Part shown: positions 25,573 to 38,784 of the stretch, one piece after another
Layout: every line of letters begins with the position of its first letter
Position numbering within the stretch: the stretch's first letter is position 1
Origin: Negaprion brevirostris
Lineage: Eukaryota
NCBI GenBank assembly: GCA_030324005.1
Contig: JARDVH010000163.1
Span: forward strand, 79,688,225-79,752,224
Direction of reading: 5' to 3'
DNA: 64,000 bases
The notes under the pieces: generated by a model
Databases searched by the model: none
Told to the model about the DNA's origin: nothing
Seen by the model: the letters and a program-made list of their open reading frames with translations, nothing else
Program-made: the position numbers and the translations under genes

Positions 25573-26247
25573 GAGGTCAAGGTGACCTGGGCTGAAAGAG
25601 TTCATTCTGGAGGTATTCAGAATGCTGAATCTAGTTCAGTTAATAAATCACCGAGCCAATACAAGGTGTGACCTATTTCCTCAATTGAATCCAGGCAGGG
25701 ATTTGTATCAACTAGCTAAGGGAATCTCTGTATGGAAGTCTTGACATACTGGTCCCTCGCAGCACCTAGATCACTGATGGAGTTATTTTTAATCTGTGTG
25801 AGTTGTGGCAAATAGCTCCTGGTCATTACACTAGGTATAGACTGCCGGCTCTGAGGAATTTGAAATATTCAGCTGCTTGAAGGTGATATGTTGTTGTGAT
25901 GGTGAGTATTATGTGGTAAGCCGCTTTGCAATGTGTTGCAAGCTGGTTGTCCCTGCTACGCTGAGCACTTAATGCATTCTCCATTTCAAGTTAACCAGTG
26001 TTACATTTGTTTCTGTTTTTTCTGTTTTATTAATCATTTAAGTTAATCGTTTGTCCTTCATTTTGTTTTATTTGCTTTGTTTGTGTGTCTCATTTTGCTT
26101 TTCTTTTGTTCCATTTTTTTGTTTCCCCACCCATTTCATCTCATCCCACACACTCGCCGCTGCAGCTAATGTAATCAGTCTGAAGGAACTCCCAGGTCTC
26201 CAGGTATGACACAATATCAATCCATTACACCTTGCTCAGTGATCCCC

Positions 26248-26385
26248 GGTCGGAATTCTCCAACCTCACCCTGCGGCTGGGATTCTCCGGCCCCGCTACA
26301 GCGAATGGAGGTTTGGCCAAGCGCCAAATTCTTCATTCTCGCTGGCAGCGGGATTGGGAGCGAGCGAGGTTGGAGAATCTTGGCC
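26248..26385. mobile_element. Short MITE (Harbinger/Tourist-like)
   Basis: Terminal inverted repeats ggtcggaattctccaacctc / gaggttggagaatcttggcc around a ~100-nt core. Confidence 0.75.
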
Positions 26386-26514
26386 CTCCCATTATGCAAT
26401 ATTGAATGATTTTTTTGCTGCAATCCTAATTTTCTTTAGCAAAGCTAAAACATTGTTCTGAACAATGTTTTGGTCTAGTTACGTTATCATCTGTTTTACC
26501 AGTGGCTCTGTGCC

Positions 26515-26916
26515 TTGCAGGGTTGTTCTCCCTGGAACGATGGAGAATGAGGGGAGACCTAATAGAGGTGTACAAAATTGTGAAGGGTCTAGATAGGGTG
26601 AACAGTGGGAAGCTTTTTCCCAGGTCGGAGGTGACCATCACAAGGGGTCACAGATTCAAGGTGAGGGGGGCGAAGTTTAACTCAGATATCAGAGGGACAT
26701 TTTTTACACAGAGAGTGGTGGGGGCCTGGAATGCGCTGCCAAGTAGGGTGGTGGAGGCAGACACGCTGGGATCGTTTAAGACTTATCTGGATAGTCACAT
26801 GAGCAGACTGGGAATGGAGGGATACAAACGAATGGTCGAGTTGGCCCAATGACCGGCACAGGCTTGGAGGGCCGAAGGGCCTGTTTCCTGTGCTGTACTG
26901 TTCTTTGTTGTTCTTT
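26515..26916 (+). mobile_element. CR1 LINE 3' end, well preserved
   Basis: GLFSLERWRMRGDLIEVYKI..TRGHRFKVRG..FFTQRVVGAWNALP in an open frame, plus a gttcttt tail. Confidence 0.9.
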
Positions 26917-26959
26917 GAATGTGGGGGAGTGTGACTGTACAGATTGAACTGAATGTGAG

Positions 26960-27140
26960 GATATTGAATGGAGGGAAAGGTGAACCAGTCGTGAGGAAAA
27001 TTGTTCCATCAGGAGACTGAAAGGGGAAGGAAAGAACTGTTTGGTGGTGTTGGTATGATGCCGGAGGTTGTGGAAATGGTGGAGGATGATTTGCTGAATA
27101 TGGAGCCCAGTGAGGCAGAAGGTGAAGGGTAAAGGAACTG
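26960..27140 (-). mobile_element. Penelope-like element ORF remnant
   Basis: LHIQQIILHHFHNL..TTKQFFPSP resembles the region between RT and GIY-YIG in fish/shark Penelope-like ORFs (from recall). Confidence 0.5.
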
Positions 27141-27889
27141 TAAGCCTTTTTGGTGGGGAATGAAGGTACTGAGAATATCCATTAAAGGTGACAGTCAACA
27201 TTAGGTAAGTGGAGGCTGTTAAAGTGACAGAGAATGTCAGAAGAACTGAAGATGTTGGTTACAAGAAACTGAAAAAGGAGAGAAAACCTGGAGTTGGGAA
27301 AGGACTTGCATGGAGTATGACAAAGCTAAGCAGTCCTTTCCTTGGTTCTTACAAGAAATAGGCTCCGAGAGCTTGGAAATGTGGGGTCACAGGGGGTGAG
27401 ATCAGTGCAGCTCTGTGAAACGATGGCTTGCTGGAGGATGATGGGGTCATGGTCCTGCAGGATGTTGGAGGAGGGGTTGGAAAGTTGGTATTCAGCTACC
27501 TCCAAGCTGAACCTTATTTGTCAAACAACAAAAGTGCCGTTCTTAGCAGGGATAGTGACAATCTGAGGGTGGTAAAGGTGTAGTAAGAGCAGAAGATTGC
27601 AATGGCAGTTATCAATAAAAAGATCCATATGGTATGAAGGTGTTTGGGAACATAAGGGTTACTGTGGGACTGGGGAAATAGTGCCACCCACTTTATAATG
27701 CAGAGTATCACATGGGTGTAGCAGAGTGTAGCAGTGGGTCTGGGACAAGTTGGCATAAAGGTAACATCTAGTCAGAACTGTATCCTGTATTCATGTATAT
27801 ACTTATGAAAATTTAATAACAGTTATTGATCACCCATACAAGCTTCTAGACTTGTTCAAAAGGCAGTATAAAACCTTAAAACGATTGCA

Positions 27890-28372
27890 GCATAAAATTG
27901 CGGATGCTGAAAATCTGAAATAAAAATTGAAAATGTAGGACAAACTCAGCCACCTGTGGTGTTAACATTTCGAGTCCATGTGATTCTTCTTCAGTGCTGA
28001 GTGTCAACTCTCCGACCCCGTCCCCTACATCCTCCTGGACCATCACCCCACCACCCAACACCAATCATCGTTTCCCAGAGCTGCACTGACTTCATCATGT
28101 GAGGGTCACTACGCACCTCACACTGTCATCTCATCTGTCATTTAAGTCACACATGCCTTCCACTCCTTCACTGACTTTTCCTTTCGCTCATCCCATCCCT
28201 TCACCACCTTCAGGACTCACTCAAATCCTGTAACATTTTCCAGCTCTGACCGATGTTCACTGACTGGAAACATTAACTTTGTTTCCTTTGCCACAGGGAT
28301 TCTCGAATCTGTTGAGTATTTTCAGTATTTTCTATTTGTATTTCAGATTTGCAACGTGCACAGTATTTTGCC
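27890..28372. mobile_element. Inverted pair of Penelope-like terminal repeats with hammerhead-like cores
   Basis: The minus copy (CTGAAGA-a-gaatc-acatg-gactc-GAAA-tgtta at 27961-27997) and plus copy (28240-28372) share the tail atttcagattt..gca..cgca.t.tt. Related copies occur at 18215-18340, 34334-34455 and 12240-12295. Confidence 0.55.
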
Positions 28373-30189
28373 TTACGTATAATTTACTTCCTGCCGATTA
28401 AAGTGCTGATCTTTGAGGGCTGATTTATTGTAGGGATTATTAACAGGAGATTTCCAATCCATTCTTATTTGAGGTGACTGTATGGAGGCGTTGATTTTAA
28501 CCTGTGCAATTTGGAGAGTATTACTCCCATCATCTGCCAAGCTCCTGATAAGAATTCCATTTCTAATGTAGAATTGGTCCCTTAATGTCGACACTTAACT
28601 AGAATCAGTCACTTCGACTAATCTCAGATGAAAGCGAGGAAGAATTTCCATTTATACAGCACCTTTCGCTTTCTCAGAATGACAATGATGTATTTTTGAA
28701 GTGACGGCACTGTTGTAGAGTGAGGGATCACACAGCCCCATTTATGCACAACAGGATCCCACCAACAGCAATGATCATATCATCTGTTTTATGGATGTTG
28801 GGTTGTCACGGGATCTTTTATCACCACCTGAAAATAAAAACCATCAGAATTAAATTCTAAACTATTCCCAAAAGGTAGAATTGTGGATTTTTATGGCACC
28901 AAAGTTGCCCATTGAGTCTGTGGCAACATCTTTAAGGAGCCATCCTCTCCTATTTCCCGTTTTCCTACCCTTTGCCATTCAGTTTCCCCCTATCTGTGCT
29001 CTCTGAAATGATTATGTCCCAGTCCTCCTGACTTTCCCCATTTCCTTCCTGTACTGGAAGAATTATCTACAGTCCCTTTAACTCGACCTTTTTCTATTCA
29101 CTTTTGGTTCTTTTGAAAAAGTTGGATCCATTTCTCTTTTACAAGCAAATTTAAAAACACATATACCTTCATTCTTTCACTGGGGTGTGGACATCACTGA
29201 CAAGGCAGTTGTTGTCCATCCCTAATTGCCCTTGAACTGAGTGGTTTATTGGCTAATTCAGAGTGCAGTTAAGAGTCAGCCACATTGCTCTGGGTCTGGA
29301 GTCACATGTAGGCCAGACTGGGAAAGGATGGCAGATTTTCTTCCCTAAAGGACACTAATTAAACAGATGGTTCAATTATAGTTTTATAGTCATCAATATT
29401 CACTTCCTTTGTTAATTGAATCTGAATTCAATGCCGTGATGGGATTTGATCTGGTTCCTCTGAAACATTCCATATGATCATTCTGCAGATGGGGTGGGTG
29501 GTTGGTTCACTCTGCCAGGTTACCACTCAGGCAGTGAGGACAAAATTTACCTCTAGGATTCTAAAAGCTGCTCTGGTGCAGCCAGTTGAAAAAGTACAAT
29601 GTGTCTGACCTGGTGTCTTCATTGAACTGAATGTAACATGGTAGCACCCAAACATTCCCTCAAGGAAGAAGTTACATGACTATGGCAAGTCGGGTAGACC
29701 ACTTAGCAATGATTACATTTCAAAAACCCAAACATCGTCACTAGCAGGGAAATGTGTAGTCACTGAGCCACATGCCAAGCCTCATCCAAAGTGAAACAAG
29801 CCCATCAAGGCTGGAAGGCAGCCAATTTCAAGTTGACCCAAGTTCAAATTAAAGTCCAGTTTGATGAGATTAAACCTCCTTCAACGTCAATAATTCCTCT
29901 CCAATTTTGCTGTTCCTCATCAGAGGATGCTTGCCCCCAAATTGTGCCAAGTAGGAAGGACTGACCAATGTCACACATTGGCAACAAGAGGTGTGAGTCA
30001 CAACATGCCAGCTGAGAGTCACTAGGCCACCTCTACCCTGGGTCATGCACACGTACAGTCATTGGCACTGACAAATGTGAGACTATCTGTGCGAACTGTA
30101 CCCTCTGTAGAGGTTTACAGAAACTGGGCGCAATCTGCAGTCCTCACAATGCCTGGAATGAAAAGCTCAGCATTTTCAAACAGAACAAC

Positions 30190-33100
30190 TTCCATCGTGT
30201 TTTTTATTGCATTAAAAAAAACCTGCTTGTTACATTTCCTTTCATACAGAAATATATAGCAATATCTCCCACTGGGGACCAAAAGATTTAAGTCTGTCAC
30301 ATTGTGCTATAACAAGCGATTAAGAAAAATTCATAGAAAAATAATATCAAGGGCATACAGCTTAAACCATTCAATATTACACATTTAAAAATACATGTTT
30401 CAGGATGCATCAGTCCAAAAGCCATTAACGGGTACTGTTGCTCCAAACAGAACAAGAGGGTACATTTTTTAAAGCCTTTTTGCTTTTCTCTTTAGTTTCC
30501 ATCAATTACTTTTCAAACTACTGGTAGTTATCATAGCTTTTATTCAACCACCTGTCACCCTCCACCCCACGCCCCAACTCAACCCTGGCAACCAGTTGGA
30601 TTTCAAACAATATCTTATAGTTAAGTATGGCACATTGCAATCAGGCAGAGGTGGTATTAGAAGACATTTTGACTTAAAAGATTCTGAGGGCAGCAGTGTG
30701 ACAAAATGGCTGCCCAATGGTATTGGACTAATCTGGACTGAGGGCGCCTTTGAACAAGAACAGGTTTCTCAATACATCCCTCACCTTCCCCACCAGGACT
30801 TTGGGCTTCTGAGGCTTTCTGGCCTTTGCTGAAATCTCTCTGCTGGCCATTCCCTCTGTGAAGGCTTTGGATGGGGAACAGCAGAGAGTTATTCCGCTGC
30901 AAAGGCTTTCGCTACCCCTTTTCAGCAGGGTTTCAAAAAGTGTTTCTCTGGCGGACTTCTCTTGTGTGAGTGGTACAGAGGCCAATTGTAGTACACCTGC
31001 CAGATGTGGGGGTTTGGGGGGAGGACTGATGGCAGAAGGTGAGGATGGATGGCCAAGATGAGGGGGCGGGAAGAAGGATGGATGGTCAAGGTTTGGGGAA
31101 AATAGATATTGAAGGTGAAAAGTGGATTGATGGTCAAAAAGCGGGGAGAGTAGTTGGCTGAGGGGATGAGGGAAAGATGGAAGTTTGAAGGCCATGGGAA
31201 GAAAAGATGTTGAAGGGCAAGGGAAGAATGGATAGTTGAGGGTGAGGGGAGGATGGATGGGTGGGGGAGAAAGGGAGGATGGACAGTAGAGGATGAGAGA
31301 GGTTGAATTCTGCTTGAAGTCACCTCACTTGGAGTCACTTCACAACAGAATAAGCACATTTCAGACAATAATGTTGGCCATAGCCCTCAGTACAGGGCTA
31401 TAATTGGTTTCAATGGCCCAGGATCAGAGAGGAAGCTAAGTTGTGATTCACTCTCCTGGCCAACTCATACCCACTGAGGATGGACAGGCGTTCAGCCGGG
31501 GACAACAGGCAACGTGCAGAAGGGTGCTGATCCCTATGGAAACCACGCCCTGGCAACAGTCGATGTCTTCAGGAGAGGAAGAGAAGAAATCAGGAAGATT
31601 AAACAGGGATACTGAGCGTACCTGGACCTGTCACCCTCTCCTGCAATCCACGTCTGAGGCCTTTGCTACTAAGTGGTGGATAGAATAATTTTAACAGTGA
31701 ATGGTTCTCAAGTTACTATAGAAGTGCAATTTCTTTCTCTTTTTAAAACACTTGACACCTTAGGACACAAATGATGCATAAGTTACACATAAAAACATAC
31801 ACATACTCACTCACACACACACAAACTCAGCACATCAGCCTCACAGTGCAAGGCCTGGCCCATCTGAGTTACTTTAATTGTGCTTCAACTTCATTCAGAG
31901 TAAGAGGGAGCTCCCATTCAGATTGTCTCTTGTGATTTCCCGCTCCCCTCCTCTCTCCTTCCCTACCCAAGCTTAGCAGTAAAATGGCGAGTGTACGTAT
32001 ATCACAATTCCCCACTCTGCCAGGCAGCCCCAGTATCCTGAAATCAGACATTTCTTACCAATCCTTGGGCGTAAACCGCAGAGTGGCTGATTTTGGTCTT
32101 TGGCTGATCTCCCGTTTCACATTACCCCCATCCTCCTCCAACATCGCCCCCACCCACATCCGACCCCAGACTGAAATTTGGTAGGCAACGCCAGATAACA
32201 AAAAGGAATCCATCCTGGTGCTGCCTTCTTCCCTTTGACCTTGGCAACACTGGCCAGCAGAGGTAGGTGCTTGATTGGTGGGGGACACAAAAATGGTGGG
32301 CAGTGTTGGAGGCAGCAGAATTGCTTCAATGTTGGTATTGGATTCAGCAGGAGCAGGGCTGCTCTATCTGATGCTGACTGGATGGCAGCACAGGCAAATG
32401 TTGGTGTTACACGTTCTGCCCACACACCTTTAAAATTAGAATCTAATCCAAACCAGGACCTTGATCTTGGGAAAAATGCTCACCACTTATTTCAGGCTGG
32501 TTAGCTGGCTGCCCAGCAGAAAGCTCCTCTCGAAATGTTACTGGATTGTCAGTGTTAATGGGGCCATCAGTGACTGACTCTGTTCTGAGGCCATTACCAC
32601 CCCATTAAGTCATCCGACCACTTCCCGCCATTCTCTACACAGTCTTTTAATTCACTCTCCCTGAGAACTGGCTCAAAACCCGCGCCTGAGGGAATGAAGC
32701 CTACCCAGTTACCACAAAGCCTCAATCTTCAGCTGATCGACTTAAACATCGAAATAAAAATAAATATTGGTTCACAGAGTGCCTTTTGGGAAAAAATTTA
32801 ATTCGGAGAGGAAGGGGAAATGTATTTTGGACTTAGAGCATTTAAATAAAAATAAAAATTCGCTGTTATTATGCAGTCAATGGGGCAGCCACAGAGGAAG
32901 GGGAGGGTTAGGATTGCCAACTTTGACTCTCACATTCTTGGGGGTTTCATTTACCTGCCTCCAACTGCCCCGCACAGTCAAACAAACTTTCCTCCATCTC
33001 CAATAATTTAGAGCTAATAAACATTTTTAAAAATGTCCCTCTGACTGTTCTGCAACTGATGGGGATTCGCTCTTTAATTTCTGGAGACTTCCGGGTAATG

Positions 33101-33313
33101 CTGGATGGTTGGCGACTTGTAAGGAAGGTGGACAATTGACAGTGGAGTTGTTTAGTTTCTTCGTGATGAGCAGTTCAGCCAAGTGCCAGAGTGACAGCAG
33201 TCAGCTACTGTGCAATTGGAAAGGAGGGTAGCACCATTGGAAATGTTCTCGCGACGGGCGAGGCTGGTTCCATCTCTCTCTCTCTCTCTTTCTCTCTCTC
33301 TGCTCTCTGTCGC
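30190..33313 (-). other. GRIP2: Probable GRIP2 3' UTR (~3.1 kb)
   Basis: Follows the stop codon, lacks the SINE/LINE copies common elsewhere, and ends in an AU/U-rich block with AATAAA (minus strand). The 3' end is inferred. Confidence 0.6.
30203..30208 (-). terminator. Candidate polyadenylation signal AATAAA for GRIP2
   Basis: Plus-strand TTTATT; minus-strand context ttttttttaatgcAATAAAaaac after an AU-rich tract. A second candidate lies at 30539-30544. Confidence 0.55.
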
Positions 33314-33526
33314 TCACAGTGACCTCGTGTTCTTCCTGCTGTCCCTGTACTCTGCCCGCTGCAGGAGACGGTGGCCATTCCGCGATGTCTCACAGTCTTC
33401 CGACCTGGTGCGCGTGGTTAAGGCCAGAGGATTCCGGCTGACCACTAGGTCCAGTCTGTCCCCTGACTCTGAGATGAGAGGTACCGTCAGACAACAGTCA
33501 AAGTCTCGTGTCTTGATGTGGTTCAC
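33314..33526 (-). CDS. GRIP2: GRIP2 terminal coding exon (PDZ7 end, C-terminus, TGA)
   Basis: [35 protein letters not shown]...KNTRSL*, with the TRDFDCCL hallmark of GRIP PDZ7. Acceptor ccaccaatag, phase 0. Confidence 0.93.
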   Translation of the reverse strand: MNHIKTRDFDCCLTVPLISESGDRLDLVVSRNPLALTTRTRSEDCETSRNGHRLLQRAEYRDSRKNTRSL

Positions 33527-35289
33527 CTATTGGTGGAAGAACATTAATGTGTTAGTGGACCATTCTCGTATTAAAAATGTTGGATAGTTTTGCTTTTAAA
33601 ACTTTAGTTCAGGTGTTTTTTGAAAGTCAAACATACAACTGGGGTGAAGGCTCAGAGAACAGGCTCACATTTATCCTGGTTCTTTGAAATAGCTATATTT
33701 TTTAGAACTTCATCCATGGAACGGGCCAACACTTGTTTCCATTGAACTGAATGGCTGGCTCAGCCATTTCAGAGAGCATTTAAACAGTCAACCACATTGT
33801 TGTGGTCTGAAGTCAGAGGTAGGCCAGATCAGGTGAAGACAGCAGATTTCCTTCCCTGAAGGACATTGGTGAGTGAGCCAGGTGGATAGATCTTTAATTC
33901 CCAATTTTCAAATTTCACCATCTGCTGTGGTGGGATTCGTTGCTAGATCCCCAGAGCATTACCCTAGCTCTCTTGATTACTAGTCCGGTGGCAATACCAC
34001 TACACCACTGCCTCCCTGAAATGCAATCAATTCCTTCTTAAGTATTTAGGCAATTCCCTTTTAAAATCTGCTTTTGCCACCCTTGCATTCCAGACCATAA
34101 CTCGCTACTTAAAGAAAATCTCCTAATTTCTCCCAATTGCCTTAAATCAATACCTTGGATTACCAGCTGTCTTGCCAATAGAAACAAGTTTGCCTGATTT
34201 ACTCTCAAAATATTCAAGATTTGGAATATCTCTNNNNNNNNNNNNNNNNNNNNNNNNNNNNNNNNNNNNNNNNNNNNNNNNNNNNNNNNNNNNNNNNNNN
34301 NNNNNNNNNNNNNNNNNNNNNNNNNNNNNNNNNNGAAGGGTCATCCAGACTCAAAATGTTGGCTTTATTCCCTCTCCACCAATGGTGTCAGACCTACTGG
34401 GATTTTCCAGGATTTTGTGTTTTTGTTTCAGATTCCAGCATCCGCAGTATTTTACTTTTAGCAAAACTTTTACTTAAAGAATATTTAAGCAGCATGAAGT
34501 TGAGAAACTTATCAGCCATGATTGAATGGGGAAGCAAACTCGATGGGCCAAATAGCCTAATTCTGCTCCTTTGTCTTATGCCTGTGCTAGTTTTTTAAAA
34601 CATTATTTTGTGGGATGTAGGCGCTGCTGCCAAGGCTAACATTTATTCCCATTCCTAATTATATTTTGAGAAGGTGGTGGTGAGCTGCCTTCTTGAACTG
34701 TTGTGGGTACACCCAGCACTGTTAGTGAGCTCCTATTTTCCTCCTCTCTCCCATGTTATTGCATCTCCCTTCTCTTCAAATGCTGATCTACCCCTTCCTG
34801 AAAAAGTGTCCCAACCCTCTTGCACCATCCAAGACAATTTCCCGATATAACATGGCTGCAGTCACCAGATCTCCATACTATAACAACTCACCAGGGCTAA
34901 TGTGGCAACCCCATGACCTCTAGTGCAAAGGAGGGTATTGCCTCCAAGTTAAATACCATTGGGGGTTGGACACAGATCTTTGTCCCTGACCATTGCCAGG
35001 TCAAGTTCCTGGCATTGGTCGATTCTGGCCTCAGACATACTAATTTACCTGCTCGGGTTACTGGGCAGTGACCAGTGTGATTTTAACTCTATTAGGTCCA
35101 ATAATAGTGCTGATTGAGCCAATGGAACACTCCTACTGAACTCCACATCCCATTATCCTGGAACCTTACTGGTCCACATTGGTACAATACAATACTGAAA
35201 GTGTAGTCACTGGCTGAGCAAGCTGGTTGTTTAACCTTGCCTCATTCTCAAAAGGTGTCCTCTGTTCAAGAGTAACTCTGCCTTGATGT

Positions 35290-35475
35290 CATGGCTCAGT
35301 AGACAGCACTTCAGCCTCAGAGTCAGGGAGGCCATGGGTTCAAGTCTCACAAAACCCTGACTGACACCTGTGTGCAGTACTGGAGGAGTGCTGCATTGTC
35401 AGAGCAGCTGAGACATCAAACCAGGCTTCTTGCTGCCCTCNNNNNNNNNNCGATAAAGATCCCATGGCCCAATTT
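35290..35475 (+). mobile_element. Deu-domain SINE (SacSINE1/AmnSINE-like) fragment
   Basis: tRNA-like head tggctcagt..gggttcaagtc followed by gtgctgcattgtc..gagacatcaaacc..aaagatcccatggc, the Deu-domain signature as recalled. Confidence 0.6.
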
Positions 35476-35996
35476 CAAGATGGAATTCTGAAGACTAGAT
35501 TTTTGTTCCCTCTTGTATTGACGATTGAGATGCTTCAGATGATGAAAGGATTTGAGCAGAGAGATAGTTCCTCTGAGTGAATCCAGAACAAGGGAGCTGA
35601 CTTTCAGATTAGAGCTTGGCCACTAAGGGTGAAGTCAAAAGCACAGCTTCATACAAAGGGTAGTGGAAATCTGTAACAATCTCCCTCGACATGTTGTCAA
35701 GACTGGGAATGATTGACAATTTAAAACCTGAGATTGATAGATGTTTATTAAGTAAGGCTATGGAACCAAAGGATGGGGCAGGGCAGGGCAGGGGGTGTAA
35801 ATGATGCTAAACTCCAGATAGCTGCAATCTAACTGAATGGCACAATACGCCTGAGGGGCCAAGTGGCCTACACCTGTGTCTATGCTTCCCACGTGAAAAC
35901 AGTGATTACATGTAACAAGTACTTCTTTGGTTGTAAAGTGCTTTGGGACCTAAGGCACAGAAAGGCGCTACGTAAATGCACATCTTTCCTTCTCAC

Positions 35997-36143
35997 CTGC
36001 AATATCCGATCATAGGGCTGCAGCCCACTGCCTTCAGCAGGGCCACTGGGACGTATCAAGTTGACATAAACTCCTTTCTCCAAAAGGCCGTCAGAGATAC
36101 TGAAACCAAAATCCTCACTCTCGGAGCTCTTGTGGATTGTGAT
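35997..36143 (-). CDS. GRIP2: GRIP2 coding exon (PDZ7 N-terminal part)
   Basis: ITIHKSSESEDFGFSISDGLLEKGVYVNLIRPSGPAEGSGLQPYDRILQ. Acceptor ttttttctcag, donor CAG|gtgag, 147 nt, phase 0 to 0. Confidence 0.93.
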
Positions 36144-38085
36144 CTGAGAAAAAAAGGAATGCTTTTACTTGAAATATACCTAATTGATAGTAATCTTTGC
36201 TGTGTATCTGAATGAGGAGGGTTCATTAACCTGGAACAGTGGGGGAATAGGAAAAAGAGGTACCAGTTCAAACTGAAGCTTCAGGACTGATATCCTGAGG
36301 ATGTCCCTCTTCACACTGAGAGAAATCAACAGCTGGAATTGACCCCAACTGCAGCAGTCAGATTTCTGAATTGAAAACCCCTGGAATTATTTAAAACCCA
36401 ACTCAATGCAGCAATTCATTGAATAGATGGCCTTCTAACTTCAATATTTAAATATGCTATTAGCCTGTTTTATCTGCCTATCTCCACTTTAAAATACTAA
36501 ACTTATTCCGGTAATGTAAAAAGTCACTTTTTGGGTAATGTGGGTGCAATAATGATGTCAGGCGATGCAGTAAATCTTAAACACAATCTTCTATGACTAC
36601 ACACATTATATTCAGGGTTTTAATATTGCCTTTAATTAATCACCATGTCAAACACATCCTCACAACATCCCAGCTTTACACTGCGGCTTACAGGTGACTA
36701 CGCTGCCACCCAGTGCCGGCTGGTTGGAAATACATGCTCACTCAGCCAATGTACTGGAACACACATTCATTCACACATATATGCAGTAAAGTCTCGCCGT
36801 TCACCCCTTCCTAGTTGGCATTTTCACTTATCTACACTTTATACTCTGTACATCGCATCTCAACCATTGCGTCAGCAATATTCGGTTATTCAGTTCCTTT
36901 ATGTTGAGACATTCTCTCCTTCTCCATCAACAATTCCCAACTTGAGGGGCTGNNNNNNNNNNNNNNNNNNNNNNNNNNNNNNNNNNNNNNNNNNNNNNNN
37001 NNNNNNNNNNNNNNNNNNNNNNNNNNNNNNNNNNNNNNNNNNNNNNNNNNNNNNNNNNNNNNNNNNNNNNNNNNNNNNNNNNNNNNNNNNNNNNNNNNNN
37101 NNNNNNNNNNNNNNNNNNNNNNNNNNNNNNNNNNNNNNNNNNNNNNNNNNNNNNNNNNNNNNNNNNNNNNNNNNNNNNNNNNNNNNNNNNNNNNNNNNNN
37201 NNNNNNNNNNNNNNNNNNNNNNNNNNNNNNNNNNNNNNNNNNNNNNNNNNNNNNNNNNNNNNNNNNNNNNNNNNNNNNNNNNNNNNNNNNNNNNNNNNNN
37301 NNNNNNNNNNNNNNNNNNNNNNNNNNNNNNNNNNNNNNNNNNNNNNNNNNNNNNNNNNNNNNNNNNNNNNNNNNNNNNNNNNNNNNNNNNNNNNNNNNNN
37401 NNNNNNNNNNNNNNNNNNNNNNNNNNNNNNNNTGCAGCAACTCACCAAGACTAATCAGGCAACACCTTCCATACACATGGTGCCTATTATCTCGGAGAAA
37501 GGCAGCAGGCACATGGGAACACCACTACCTGCATGTTCCCCTCCAAGCCACTCACCATCCTGGCTTGAAAAGGTATCACCATTGCGAGATCAAACTCCCT
37601 AACAGCACAGTGTTTGTACCTACACCACATGGACTGCAGTGATACAGGACAGCTCCTTATTACCACTTTCCCAAGGGCAATTAGGGATGGGCCTTGTGTT
37701 CCCCAGAATGAATAAAGAAACAAAATACACAAGAATGTATGCATGCAATAATCTTCCAGGTTTACAGATCTAGCTGCAATGAAACCCCTCTATCTCAAAA
37801 TAACTGATAGTTACAGACCTATTTTTCTGTCCACCATCACCAGCCCTAATTGTTCAAAACAATTATCCTGCTACCTGTCGTACAAAGACTACCCTCCTCC
37901 TCCTGTGTCCAATGATAAGGGGCAGTGAGAGGGGTACGTGGGGCATCTGTGACATGGTTGGTGCCCTCCTCATACAGCCTTTGAAACTTGCAGACAACGT
38001 GAGTTTTTCATCCAGGGTTGGTGAGCAGCCCTTGGGATTGTAAGGTCTTTGCTGGGTAGTGTCATGGTGTTTGTTCTGCATCTTG

Positions 38086-38412
38086 GGGTGGCATGCTGGC
38101 ACAGTGGTTAGCATTGCTGCCTCACAGTGCCAGGGACCTGGGTTCAATTCTGGCCCTAGGTCACTGTCAGTGCGGAGTTTGCACGTTCTGTCCACGTCTG
38201 TGTGGGTTTGCTCCAGGTGCTCTGGTTTCCTCCCATAGTCCAAAGATGGTGGGTTAGGATGACTGGCTATGTTAAATTGTCCCTTACTGTCAGGGGAACT
38301 GGCAGGGTAAATACATAGGGTTACAGGGATAGGGCCTGGGTGGAATTGTTGTCGGTGTAGGCTCAATGGGCTGAATGGCCTCTTCCTGCACTGTAGGGAT
38401 TCTGTGATTCTA
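38086..38412 (+). mobile_element. HE1-type SINE
   Basis: Full head, body and tail. Confidence 0.85.
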
Positions 38413-38547
38413 TCCAGCATGATCAGAATCATGGACGAATCTTTCACTGACACCTCTCTCTCTCTTCCTCTCTCAGACTGCTCCACAATCAGTCACTCTC
38501 TGCCCCAAAGCCTGAAATGTTGGGAGGCACTAGCGATGGAGACTCAC

Positions 38548-38784
38548 CTTGTGCAATTCAACAGGAGTGGGTGATGTTATTTCCTTAATTTCTTCTTTGA
38601 TCCTCTTCAGTTCCAATCTTTTGTCCTTGGCCAGCAGCACAGGCACTGTTGGGCTCTCACTCTGGTTCTCACTACACTGCAGTGAGCCCTCTTCCTGGAA
38701 CTTTCCCAGTGCTGGGTGGTTTGTTGATTGTGTAGGGTGGCCTTCAATCCCCAAAGTCAGCTCACTTCCTGACATTATGGAAGC
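38548..38784 (-). CDS. GRIP2: GRIP2 coding exon (linker to PDZ7)
   Basis: ASIMSGSELTLG...LKRIKEEIKEITSPTPVELHK. Acceptor ctctccacag, donor AAG|gtgagt, 237 nt, phase 0 to 0. Confidence 0.92.

Noticed and set aside
5420-30180. SLC6A6, the convergent neighbour of GRIP2 in human
   Set aside because: No SLC6 transporter-like peptide was found in the ORF track or in hand translations, so it is not assigned.
33317-33328. C-terminal TRSL as a class I PDZ ligand
   Set aside because: The -2 residue is Arg, not Ser/Thr, so it does not fit the class I consensus.
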